Source: Chiloscyllium plagiosum
Lineage: Eukaryota
Length of the DNA: 64,000 nt
Direction of reading: 5' to 3'
NCBI RefSeq assembly: GCF_004010195.1
Contig: NC_057719.1
Span: 9,587,112-9,651,111 of the forward strand
Shown here: positions 24,537-36,642 of the stretch, one piece after another
How positions within the stretch are numbered: position 1 is the first letter of the stretch
Layout: every line of letters begins with the position of its first letter
Program-made: the position numbers and the translations under genes
Notes under the pieces: model-generated
The model's database searches: none
Told to the model about the DNA's origin: nothing
The model's input: the letters and a program-made list of their open reading frames with translations, nothing else

Positions 24537-24563
24537 TCTTCTCTTCTCTTCTCTTCTCTTCTT
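24537..24563. repeat. (cttct)n microsatellite
   Basis: About five perfect cttct units. Confidence 0.85.
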
Positions 24564-25515
24564 TCCATGTGGTTCGATATCTCATTGTGGAAAATAGATT
24601 TACAGGTACCTTTAAGCATTTCCTACTCAACCATTGTTTTCATGCCAGTCTGGATAATGAAGGTCAAACATCAATCTGAGGTCTTTATGGCCAAATCAGT
24701 CCTTATGTGAAATTCACACATATGTATCTCCTGAGGCAGAATCAAGAAGTGGCATCCCATCTCTAGCCACAGCTGAGTCCAGTCACCTGCACTGCTATCC
24801 CACCAACTCGCTCACCCACCCACCCTGGCACTGATGGGGTCTGAAGCCAGTAGCACACACTCCAAATGTCTCTGTGGCCAAAATTGACTCTGCTAGTTTG
24901 GGAATTAAGTATAGGAACTTCTCAATTCTGGGATCAAGTGATACAGCACTGTGACACATACGTCATCAAGGGAGGCTGAAAAAGTATTATGCTGGCTCTT
25001 GAAAAAGAATCCCGCTCTTATTCTCTTTCCACATCTTCTATTTTTAAGACACTAGGTAACTGCAGAATCCAAAATATGCAAGTCTACAGAACTTCAATTA
25101 AGCTTAAAATGTGCCATGATTCATGCAAATGCACCACACCTTGAGTGATGGGAGCAAAATAAAAGTTTCTTGAAGAAATAAAATCAGGATAGGCAGGGTT
25201 TTTTTTTGATAAGTAATATATTTACACATTTACAACATACATATATAAAGTCCAAAATATAAAGGAGCACTCACATGCCTGCTGTTACATACAAGAGAAG
25301 GTGATTAGATTTACATGTTTGGCATTGGTTCTACAGTGAAGGTTTAACTGTTTAAATGGACAGATCCAATGGTGAACAAATGATTACAATGGAAGACACT
25401 GTGATGATGGTTAGCATTATGGGGAGTTTCTCAGATGGAAGCATGTACTGGTGTGGATTTGAGCTACTGTTCGAGTTGACGAGAGAGCCTGAACTAGAGT
25501 TGCTAAAGCCTGTAC

Positions 25516-25689
25516 CTTCACATCCACGATCTATTTGCCCACTCCGATGTAACGCATCGTGAATCAGATCTGGCAGCCTTCCATTGAGGTCGACAGATGC
25601 CAAGCAACCCTGAAACCCATCTCTGGAGGCGACAAGTTTCGGCAGATTGCTGTACATGCCTTGGGCCAGCCCAGCAATGTATAGGACAC
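25516..25689 (-). CDS. NRXN3: Neurexin-3-alpha exon, end of LNS5 ([58 protein letters not shown])
   Basis: tttctctaaccag|GT GTC CTA TAC ... TGT GAA G|gtacag; 174 nt. [17 protein letters not shown] is the NRXN3-type motif. Confidence 0.97.
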
Positions 25690-26656
25690 CTGGTTAGAGA
25701 AATGAGACAGCAAAAGAAAACTGCGATAAGCAGAAAGCACAACAATTACACAAAATCAAATATAGAACAATTGAACCATTGAAACTTACACTGCCACCAT
25801 CTTCTGCTGAAGGTCTGATATATTTTTAAATTCAACCTTTTCAGAGATGTTCTAAGAACTAGGAGCAGGAGGAGACTAGGAGCCCACTCCCCCATTCAAT
25901 AAGATCACAGCTGATCTTTTATGGCCTCAGCTCCACTTACCCACCTTCTCACCATTACCCACAATTCCTTTACTGTTCAAAACATGATCCATCTTAGCTT
26001 TACTGGTATTACACACCTCTGGGGATGATGGGACTTGAATCCAAGAGAATCCTTCCACAGTGTCTAACACACGCTTGTGCATTTTCCATGTTGTATCAAA
26101 CACAATTCTCCTTCTACTTACATCAACACAAGGGAAGCAGGCACAATTTCAGAGGCGAGAACATCTGGTTCCATCCAGATGTCCATAAAATCCAAAAAGA
26201 TGCAACCGATAGTGGGGTCTACTCAGTTCACTCCACCTTGACTGGATGTTCTGGGGTCACCGTAGAGGTCAGAGACTCCAATACTTCCAAGGATCCAACC
26301 TGGGAACTTGCTAAACAATTGACCCCAACTCCACATTGGGGACTCACTTCACAACATCCTCCAAGTCAAATCACATGGTGTTAAATACCCAAGATTCCCC
26401 GATGCCCACAGTTCTAGGACCACCCGGGATAGATTTTTCTTGTTGTTATGAATAATGTTGGTCTAAGCATTGACCATGACAACTGTGCAGAATTGCAATC
26501 TCTTTGTGTTTATCAACAGCCCTGGGTTTATCAGTGATGTTAAATGCTCTCCAAACAGAAATATGGGTGTAACAGAATTCATTTTGCAGCGGCATTGACT
26601 GAATTGGGGTTGTTTTTGACGGGTGCAGGGAGAGGTGACAGCTGTAAGAAGCTTAC

Positions 26657-26847
26657 CTTTCAGGTCCAGGTTTTTGGCACCATTGATGATCTGAGTCACA
26701 GATCGAGCATCCACCTTGAGCGTGTGTGTGTTGCTGTTGTCCCGAGTAATTACCACATTGTGCCACTGATTGTCGCTCAGGGACTTTTCAGAGTTCCCTT
26801 TGATAACATTTGGCCCATTTCCCAGGTCAAACACATAGTGGATGTAC
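26657..26847 (-). CDS. NRXN3: Neurexin-3-alpha exon, LNS5 ([20 protein letters not shown]...GAKNLDLK)
   Basis: cttctcctcccgtag|G TAC ATC CAC ... CTG AAA G|gtaagc; 191 nt; phase 2 in, phase 1 out, fitting both neighbours. Confidence 0.97.
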
Positions 26848-27678
26848 CTACGGGAGGAGAAGGGTTTGCCAAGTTAAAAGAAAAAGTTCTGAATGAATGA
26901 TTTATTTATTGTCTCATTAATCTTGAAGATGCATTGAAAAATATTGCACAAACTAAACAAAGGATATCAACTACCATATATTAGGAATTACTATCAATAT
27001 CTATTGTAAGTTGCAATTACAAGTTACAATTGCAAGAAAACATTATACCGCTTAATAAAAAAAAGATTTGTCAAATGAATACCAAATTTAAGAAATAGAA
27101 AAACTGTGAGCAACTAGCAAAGGCTCATAGTTTAACTTCAATTCCACTTTTCGAAAAAACCCCCATGCATTTTCTTCCCATTTCAAAAGTCTTTTCTCTC
27201 CTAGTCGGGTCCAGGTATCCCTTACTCAACTGTGGGCTTTAACACTGAAGAATTCAAAAGAAAGTGTATTTGCGCACTTCCTTGTAATGTCACCACGCAC
27301 AGTGAATTAATTCAAACGTTGGATGGAATTTGAACAACATGGTCAACGACAATGAAGCTGGAAAAATCAGGTGGGCTCGGCAGGAGGAGATTCTTCAGGT
27401 TGAAAGGAAAACATTCTGTTTCCCAGCCCAAGTGTCAAAAGCAAGACAGGATTCTCACTCATGTGTGGAGAGAGGACTATTTGCATGTGCTAACATCCTC
27501 ACAATTATGTAACCCCGCCTCCTTGATACATAGTTTCCCATTTTCCCACATGCTGGATAGAAACTGGATGGTGACCTTCCTCAAGGAGAAAGCGAGGACT
27601 GCAGATCCTGAACAGTCAGAGTCGAAAAGGGTGGCACTGGAAAAGCACAGCAGGTCAGGCAGCATCTGAGGAGCAGGA

Positions 27679-27714
27679 GAATCGACGTTTCGGCATAAGC
27701 TCTTCATCAGGATT
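27679..27714 (-). ncRNA. Minimal hammerhead ribozyme motif, second copy
   Basis: AAUC CUGAUGA AGAGC UUAU GCC GAAAC GUC GAUU: perfect 4-bp stem I, weakened stem II. Confidence 0.55.
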
Positions 27715-28908
27715 GAAGAAGGGCTCTCCTGCTCGTCGGATGCTGCCTGACTTGCTGAGCTTTTCCAGTGCCACACATTTTGACAGTGACCATTCCCAAC
27801 GTGAGGGTCAGAGCAGTAACACCCCCTAGCTCGTTGCTTGCTCTTCCAGACCTCCATCTTGGACACCAACACTCAGACTGCATTCTGCAGGCAGTGGCTG
27901 TGCACGTCCTCTCTCCACATCTACCAGGATCTCTAGTTCCACGTCAGCAAAGCGAGGTACCTCTGTCTGACACATCCAGGCAATTGGCAGGCACGGAGCA
28001 GTACCCCTGCAGAATGTGAACATTTGACGGCGTACATGGCTGCTCTTTAACAGTGGTGCTGGCACCAAGAATCACAGGAGGACCTGGAAAAGGCCAGTGC
28101 CATAGAATCCTTACAGTGCAGGAAGTCACCACCGACCTCCCAAAAAAGATTCCCACCCAGAACCAAGCCCCCATTCAATCCCCGTAACCCCCTGTGGGAT
28201 TTTTACCATGGCTTACCTATCACCTTCTCAAGGACAAATGGGGATGGAAAATAAATAAATACTGAGAGGAAAGACCAGAAGTAGGAGACATGTTTAAAAA
28301 TCAGGTGCCTTCCATTTCATACAGAGTTGAGGAAAATCCTTTTCCCCTGAAAAAAAGAGCAAAATGTTTTTGGATCTCTCTTCTCTAGAGACATTTGAGG
28401 CGGAGCCATTGAATATTTCGATGGGAGTAGGAGATAACAATGGAGTCAAAGGATAGCAAAGGTGGGTAGAAATATGGAGCTGGGGTCATAATCAGATCAG
28501 TCATGATCTTGTTGCATGGGTAAGCAGGCTTGAGGGAACGAAGGGACTGCCCTGGTCCTCATTCCATAAAACCATAAGATAAAGGAGCAGAAATTAGGCC
28601 ATTCAGCCCATCGAGTCTACTCTGCCATTTGATCATGGCTGATTGGTTTGTCAACAACACTTTCCCGCTTTCTCCCCATAACCTTTGATCCCCTTGGCAA
28701 TCAAGAACTTTCCTACCTCCATCTTAAATATACTTAAATACCTGGCCTTCACAGCCTTCTGCGGCAATGAATTCCACTGATTCACCACTTGCAGGCAAAA
28801 GAAGTTTCTCCTTATCTCCATTCTAAAGGGTCCTCATATATTTGTATGAGCCATTGACCAAAAGAAGAGTAACCAAACCATCAAACTATCGAGAAAAATC
28901 TCCCTTAC

Positions 28909-29290
28909 CCTTTAACTAATTCCACAGCGATAAAGTCATTGCCATCTCCACTGTTGAAGAGAATGAATCCATCAGGAGATGTGGTCTTGAACTGGAAGAA
29001 GAGATGCATGGATGTGTACGCCTGCAGAGTGGCCAAGGTCAAATAGCTGTTCTTCGTTTTGAAAGTGACGGGATCTGCAATAATGGATCTCATGCCGAAC
29101 CTTGCGTTTATTTCACAGTATTCAATGTCCCCATTTTTGCACAGATCGATGTACATCATTCCATTAAACATCAAGCTCTGCAGGTGCCCAATGAAGCTGG
29201 AGGGAGCAATGGAGATGAAGCGTCGTTCCGTCATGATCCCGGTCTCGATGTTGTGAAATTCCAGTCGTGTGTGGTCACCAAGCATTTGAC
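28909..29290 (-). CDS. NRXN3: Neurexin-3-alpha exon, end of LNS4 and start of LNS5 ([18 protein letters not shown]...[10 protein letters not shown])
   Basis: Within ORF 28905..29375; ttgattttag|GT CAA ATG ... GTT AAA GG|gtaagg; 382 nt. NRXN3-type residues ([38 protein letters not shown]). Confidence 0.97.
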
Positions 29291-30784
29291 CTAAAATCAA
29301 CAAAGAAAATACAATATCACAAATGCTGACCAGCTCATATTTCTCCCAAACACTCTTTGTAAGCACTAAAAGCACAAATTCAACAACAGCTTCCTCCTTT
29401 TTATAGTACCTTCCTGGTTTGCCATGTTTTAAATTTATTCATTTACAGGATATAGATACCGTTGGTTAGGTCAGCATTCATTGCTTATCCCTACTAGCTC
29501 AGAGGGCAGTGTTAATCACACTGCCATGGGTCTGGAGTCACACGCAGACCAGGCAAGGTAAGGATGGTATTTTCCTTCCCTTCATCAGGACAGCATATAC
29601 ATGGGAACACCCTGCAAGTTACTGCAAGCCCCTCACCATCCGGGCTTAGAAATAAATCGCTGTTCCTCCAGTGTTGTTGGATCACCATTCTGGAACTCAT
29701 TTCCAAACAGCACTCTGGATTATCTATCCCACAATGGATGTTGCAAGAAGGCAGCTTACCACTATCTTCTCTAGGGTGGTCAGGGATGGGCAAGAAATGT
29801 TGGCCCAGCCAGTGATGGCCACAGCCTATGAACAGAAAAAAGGAGTGAAACAGGGCCAGGTTCAGCATCAACAAGATGCATAGGAAACCTTCCATTACTT
29901 TGCCCTCAGAAAGGTTTGTCTATTTTTCATTTGTTCATTGACTGGGCGTGGATGGACTTTGATGGCAAAACCAATGTTCATTATCCTTTCCCAACTGCTC
30001 TTGAGAAGATGGAGATAATAACTGTGTTTAGGCCAATTGTTAGGCAGTGAAAAATCTGTAGTACAGTTGTGTTTCTGGGTCACAGGTGAGTTACACTAGG
30101 TACAGACAGCTGATATCCTTCTCTAAACAACGTTAGTGAACCAGTCAGGCTTTTTGCAACATTCCCATAGTCTCATGATCGTAATTGCTGATATTGACTC
30201 TCTATTCCATATTTTCATCAGATCTTCTCCAAGGTTCCTTACACAGCACTTTGGAAACCCACAAGCACTTCCAGCTAAAAGTACAAGGGCAGCAGATACA
30301 TGGGAACACCATTATTCTCAAGTCCTCCTCCAAGCCATACACTATTGTGTCTTCCAAGATATATCACTGTTCTTGTTCACTGCCACTGATCAAAATACTG
30401 AAACTCACTAAAAGCAATGTGGGAGTACCTACAATAAATGGGCTGCAGCAGTTCAAGGGGATAGGTTGTCATCACCTTCTCAAGGGCAACTAGGGATGGA
30501 TACCAAATGCTGGGCCAGCCAGGGATGCCCACATCCTATGAATGTATTACAAAAATGTTTTGAACTGAATTTTCATGCTCCAATGAGCATATAGGGTTTG
30601 AACCTGCCTCAAGATTACTCGTTCAATAACATAACCATTATGGTAACATGCCCAATACAGTACTTGAAAGTAGAGTCACAGGTAGATAGGACAGTGTGGT
30701 GTAAAATTCCAAGTAGTGGAATGTGGTGAAACGGTTAAAAATTATGTCCCAATACATGTGTGAATCATAATGTAACACATGTAT

Positions 30785-31450
30785 TACAGTACTTGAAAGT
30801 AGAGTCACAGGTAGATAGGACAGTAAAGAAGGCATTTGGTATGCTTTCCTTTATTGGTCAGAGTATTGAGTACAAGATTTGGGAGGTCATGTTGCGGCTA
30901 TACAGAACATTGGTTAGGCCACTGTTGAAATATTGTGTGTAATTCTGGTCTCTTTCCTATCAGAAAGGTGTTGTGAAATTTGAAAGGGTTCAGAAAAGAT
31001 TTACAAGGATGTTCCCGGTTTGGAGGATTTGAGCTGTAGGGAGAGGCTGAACAGGTTGAGACTGTTTTCCCTGAAGTATCAGAGGCTAAGGGGTGACCTT
31101 ATAGAGGTTTACAAAATCATGCGGGGCATGGGTCGGGTAAATAAACAAAGTCTATTCCCTGGGGTGGGGGTGTCCAGGGTGAGAGGGGAAAGATACAAAA
31201 GAGACCTAAGGCACAACCTTTTAACGCAGAGGGTGGTGCATGTGTGGAATGGGCTGCCAGAGGAAGTGGTGGAGGCTGGTATAATTGCAACATTTAAGAG
31301 GCATCTGAATGGGTATCTGAATAGGAAGGGTTTGGAGGGATATGGGCCAGGGCTGGCAGGTGGGACTAGATTGGGTTGGGATATCTGGTCAGCATGGATG
31401 GGTTGGACTGAAGGGTCTGTTTCCATGCTGTACATCTCTATGACTCTATA
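30785..31450 (+). mobile_element. CR1 3' fragment
   Basis: LKVESQVDRTVKKAFG...[13 protein letters not shown] 31020..31451. Confidence 0.88.
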
Positions 31451-31597
31451 ACTCTACTTCAATATTTTGCTCAGAGTATCTTGTAACTATGTGAACTAAT
31501 AATCTTCCTAACTTACTGTGCTTAGATTTATAGTTTGGGACCATCACGGCCACTCAGACTCCATGGACTTGCTCTCGAGTGCATTGGCTTACTTATA

Positions 31598-32440
31598 CAG
31601 TCATAGGGTCTTACAGCACAGAGACAGACCCTTCGGTCCAAACAGTCCATCTCAAACATAATCCCAAACTAAATAGTGCACCTGCCTGTTCTTAGCCCAT
31701 ATCTTGCCAAACCTTTCCTAGTCATGTACACACCCAAATGCCTTTTAAACATTGAAATTGTACCCACATCCACCAGGGAGTTCATTCCACATGCGAGTCA
31801 CCCTCTGAGTAAAACATTTGTCTCTTCACCTTAAAAATGTGCCCCCTAGACTTGAAATCCCCTATCCTAAGGAAAAGACAACTACCATTAACCATATCTA
31901 TGTTCCTTATTATTTTATACATTCCGAGAAGGTCGCCTTTCAACCTCCTACACACCAGTGAAAATAGTCCCAGCCTCTCCACCCTTTCATTAGAACTCAA
32001 ACCTGGCAACATCCTGGTAAATCTCTCCTGAGCCCTCTCCAGCTTAATAACATTGCTCCAAAACTGGGTGACCAGAACTGGACACAGTATTCCAGAAGAG
32101 GCCTCAGCAATGTCCTGTACAATCTCAACATGATATCCCAAACCCTACACTCAAAGGACTGAGTAATGAAGGCAAGCATGCCAAATGCCTTTTTAACCAC
32201 CCTGTCAATATGTGATGTAAACTTTGAAGAATTATGCACCTGCACCCCTATGTCTCTCCATTATACAACACTACCCAATGCCCTTCTATTAATTGTATAA
32301 GCCCTTTCCTTGCTTGTCATACCAAAATGCAATAATACCTCACATTTATCTAGATTGAACTCCATCTGCCATTTTTCAGCCCATTGACTCATTCGATCAA
32401 GATCCCTTTCTAATCCTAGAAAATCTTTTCTTCACTGTCT
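31598..32440 (-). mobile_element. CR1 3' fragment
   Basis: ORFs 31997..32245 and 31782..32141: [14 protein letters not shown]. Confidence 0.88.
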
Positions 32441-35424
32441 ACTTAGTTCCTACTTACCTACTGACTTAATAAAAGTAGTCTGGAATCACGTCCCGCTAAT
32501 AGAAACAGCTGTCTGGTACTTCAAAATCAAAATTAATCATTAACAAAAAGTCACTTGATGCATTATTTGGAGAGGTACCAAGCCCAAGGGTGTATTCACT
32601 TCCCAACTGTTTGTGTCAGTTGATTGCTCCTTGGGAGGTTTAAGAATTCCTTTACTTCCTTCGATGGGTTGTATCCTTGGGGTTTGAAGAGATAGCTACA
32701 GATACAGTGAATGCATTGATCATAATCTTCCAGGAATTCTTACATTCTAGAAAAGTCCAGGGAATTGGAAATGCAAGAAAAAAATCAACTGCATGGCAAC
32801 CCTGATGCACCTTGGGAAGAGGGAATTCTTCCTCATCTTTTCAGATCTATAGCTTCTCCGAGCTTCTCAATCAATTTATACTCCAAACTTGAGTTCCAGT
32901 GCAAGGTTTTTGTGTAATTTTCACTTTGAGCAACACTCGTAGACTGCAAATATACTTTCGAGATCACCATTACTTGACCATAATCAACAACCATGCTGAA
33001 GTCACCACAACTGTACTGCTAATCTATGTACGGGATGGGTCAAACAATCTACTTCCAGTTTCTAATTGTTATCACAAACTCCTACAAGATTACAGTTCTG
33101 AATTAGAAACAGAAATTGCTGGAAAAAGCTCAGCAGGTCTGGCAGCACCAGTGGAGAGAAAGCAGAGTTAATATTGTGGCGACAGTGATTATTCTTCAGA
33201 ATGACTTTCTCTCCATAGATGCTGCCAGACCTGCTGAGTTTTTCCCAGCATTTTCTGTTTCTGTCTCTGATTTTCAGCATCTGCAGTTCTTTTGGTTTTT
33301 GAGTACAGCTCTTGTAATGCTGTGGTTCGACGAGGCTTAGCTTGGGATCTTGAGTTCTTAAAACAAATTGTTGACTGGATTTATATTGGAAATATGGAAG
33401 GTTGCAGCATCAACAGAAGAATGGAAAAAATGACTAGCTTCTGAAGACTTGGTAACAATTGCAAGCTTCTATGAAGCGACTTTCATGAGTAGTATTAATT
33501 CATTATAAAAAGAGTCACTTAATGCATGATTTGGAGTGATACCAAGCCCAAGGATGAGTTTACTTCTGAACACATTTTCAGAACCGAACTTCATAATGTT
33601 GCATATCTTTCCTTATATATCTGAGAGTATCACGAAGGACTATCCTTCTCAACCCTTCTGAGACATGGTGACCCTCAGGTTAAACCACAACCACTTGTCT
33701 ATCTCTCTCTCCCTCTCTCTCTAATGTGAGTGCAGCCCTGTGGTCTGATGGACTGTGTTTCAGGAAGTTACCAAAAATCATTGCTCTTCAAAATCGGTGA
33801 AATATAAGAGACTTTCCGAAGGTGTGGTGCAATGTCACTTGAAGTTCACCATGTCTCACGTGAGGGGAAAGGTGGGGCCTTCACAGTGATCTCTCTGTAA
33901 CGAGAGAGCACCCTCATGGTCCTCTGAGACCATGGTGACTTCACCTTTACCTTACAGTGCTGCAGAAATGGAAGACACTGTCAAAGATCAGTACTTTAAT
34001 TGTTTTCGGAAGTTAAAGATCAAGTACTCGTTTCCCCTTCATTTAGAAAAAGAAACTTACTTTTAACGAACTTTGTAAAGAATTCAAAGATAACCTACGT
34101 TTTAATAAAGCCATTGCCTGAGAACAGAGAAATAAGGGAGGTAAGAGATATAATAATTTTAGAAAAACCACAAGAACTTCAGATGCTGTAAATCAGAAAC
34201 AAAAACATAAGTTGCTGGAAAAGCTCAGCATGCCTGGCAGCGTCTGTGAAGAGAAATCAAAGTTAACGTTTCAGATTCAGCAATCCTCAACGGTCACTGG
34301 ACTCAAAGCATTAACTTTGATTTCTCTTCACAGATGCTGCCCGACCCGCTGTTCGTAATCTTGGAGGCCTGGTAAATAGAGGGAATAAGAGATGACATTT
34401 TCAACACAGCAAGGAGAGAACACACAGGAAAAAGATCAGGGACAGCGAAAGAGCATGAGGGAAAAACTCAGCTCATGGAAGAGTAAATATAGTCAATTAA
34501 ATAGTTAGGCAAGAAAAGTTCCAATGGAGAAGGAAGGAAAGATGTGGAAGAAGAAACCAGAGAAGCATCAACGATCATCTTTTCCTGGTATTGTGATCAG
34601 GAGTATTGTAGTGTAAGAGAGGAAGTAGGATTCTAGGAAGAGTATTAATCAACAATGGTTACCCAAGGAAGTAATATCAAATTGAAAGAAAAAGATACAA
34701 TGTGGCAAAGATTATTGGGAGGCCAGAGTCATACTCACAGAGATACACAGCACGGAAACAGACCCTTCTGGCCATGCCTGCCTGATATCAGAAATCAATC
34801 CAGTCCCTTTTGCCAGTATTTGGCCGGTATTCCTCTGAATCCTTCCCATTCATGTACCCATCCAGATGCTTTTTAAAGGGATGTAGGTTTGCTCGCTGAG
34901 CTGGAAGGTTCATTTTCAGATGTTTCGTCACCATACTAGATAACATCATCAATGAGCCTCCGGATGAAGCTTCGGTCACCCCTCAGCCTCTGACGCGCCA
35001 GGGAAAACAGCCCCAGCCTAGTCAGCCTCTCCCTGTAGCTCAAACCGTCCAACCCCTGCAACATCCTTGTAAATCTTTTCTGAACCCTTACAAGTTTCAC
35101 AACACCCTTCTTACAGCAGGGATTGGGAAAGTTTTAAAAACCAACAAATGATGACCAAATACTTTGCAAAGAGGGGAAATAAAATATGAGGGAAAACAAA
35201 CAGTAAGTGCTTCTTTAAATATATAAAAAGAGAAAGGCCAAAGTGGACTTAGAGATTGATGCTGGAAAGGTAACACTGGGTAGCCAGGAAATGACAGAGG
35301 AGTTGTATAGGTACTTTACATCAGTTTTCATGGCGGGGACACCATAGCATTCCAAATATACTCAGTAATGAAGAACAAAAGAAAAGGGAGGAAACATCTA
35401 CCATAAACCAACAAGAGAAATAAT

Positions 35425-35659
35425 TAGATTTAGATTTAGATTTAGATTAGATTACAGTGTGGAAGCAGGCCCTTCGGCCCAACAAGTCCACACCGACCCG
35501 CCGAAGCGAAACCCACCCATACCCCTACCCCTACATTTACCCCTTACCTAACACTACAGAAAATTTAGTATGGCCAATTCACCTGACCCTGCACATCTTT
35601 GGATGGTGGGAGGAAACCGGAGCACCCGGAGAAAACCCACGCAGACACGGGGAGAACGT
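35425..35659 (-). mobile_element. HE1-type SINE, 5'-truncated, inserted in an older CR1
   Basis: (ttaga)n tail then core; CR1 sequence resumes on both sides. Confidence 0.8.
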
Positions 35660-35884
35660 AATACTTGGAAAATTAATGGGGTTAAAGATAGAGAGCTCCC
35701 ATAATGTGTTGCATCCTTGCAATTTAAATAAATAACTGCAGAGACAGTGGATGGACTGGTAGCAATCTTTCAAGCATCCTTATATTCTGGAAAAGTCCCA
35801 GTAGATTGGAAAAATACCAATTTAACCCCTTTACTTAAAAGGGGAGAGAGATTAAAAAACACAGGTAGCTAAAGGCTGAGCTAG

Positions 35885-36642
35885 AGTCATAGAGTCATAG
35901 AGATGCACAGCACAGAAACAGACACTTTGGTCCAACTCGTCCATGTGGACCAGATATCCCAACCCAACCCAACCCAATCTAGTCCCACCTGTCAGCACCC
36001 GGCCCATATCCCTCCAAACCCTTCCTATTCATGTACCCATCCAGATGCCTTTTAAATATTGCAATTGTACCAGTCTCCACCACTTTCTCTGGCAGCTCAT
36101 TCCATACACGTACCACCCTCTGTATGAAAAAGTTGCCCCTTAGGTCTCTTTTATATTTTTTCCTCTCTCACCCTAAACCTATGCCCTCTAGTTCTGGACT
36201 CCCCGACCCCAGGGAAGAGACTTTATCTCTTTACCCTATCCATGGCCCTCATGATTTTATAAACCTCTATAAGGTCACCCGTCAGCCTCCAACGATCCAG
36301 GGAAAACAGCCCCAGCCTATTCAACCCCTCCAGATAGCTCAAATCCTCCAACCCTGACAACATCCTTGTAAATCTTTTCTGAACCTTTTCAAGTTTCACA
36401 ACATCTTTCCGATAGGAAAGAGGCCAGAATCGCACACAATATTCAAAAAGTGGTCTAACCAATGTCCTGTACAGCCGCAACATGACTTCCCAACTCCTGT
36501 ACTCAATACTCTGATTAATAAAAGAAAACGCCTTCTTTACTATCCTATTTACCTGCGACTCTACTTTCAAGGAACTATGAACCTGAACTCCAAGGTCTCT
36601 TTGTTCAGCAACACTCCCCAGGACCTTACCATTAAGTGTATT
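35885..36642 (-). mobile_element. CR1 3' fragment nested in an older CR1
   Basis: ORF 36223..36651; (agagtcat) tail at ~35885-35900. Confidence 0.88.

Noticed and set aside
26463..26656. Read-through ORF after the 191-nt exon
   Set aside because: The donor is strong (AAG|gtaagc) and the extension has no recognisable features.
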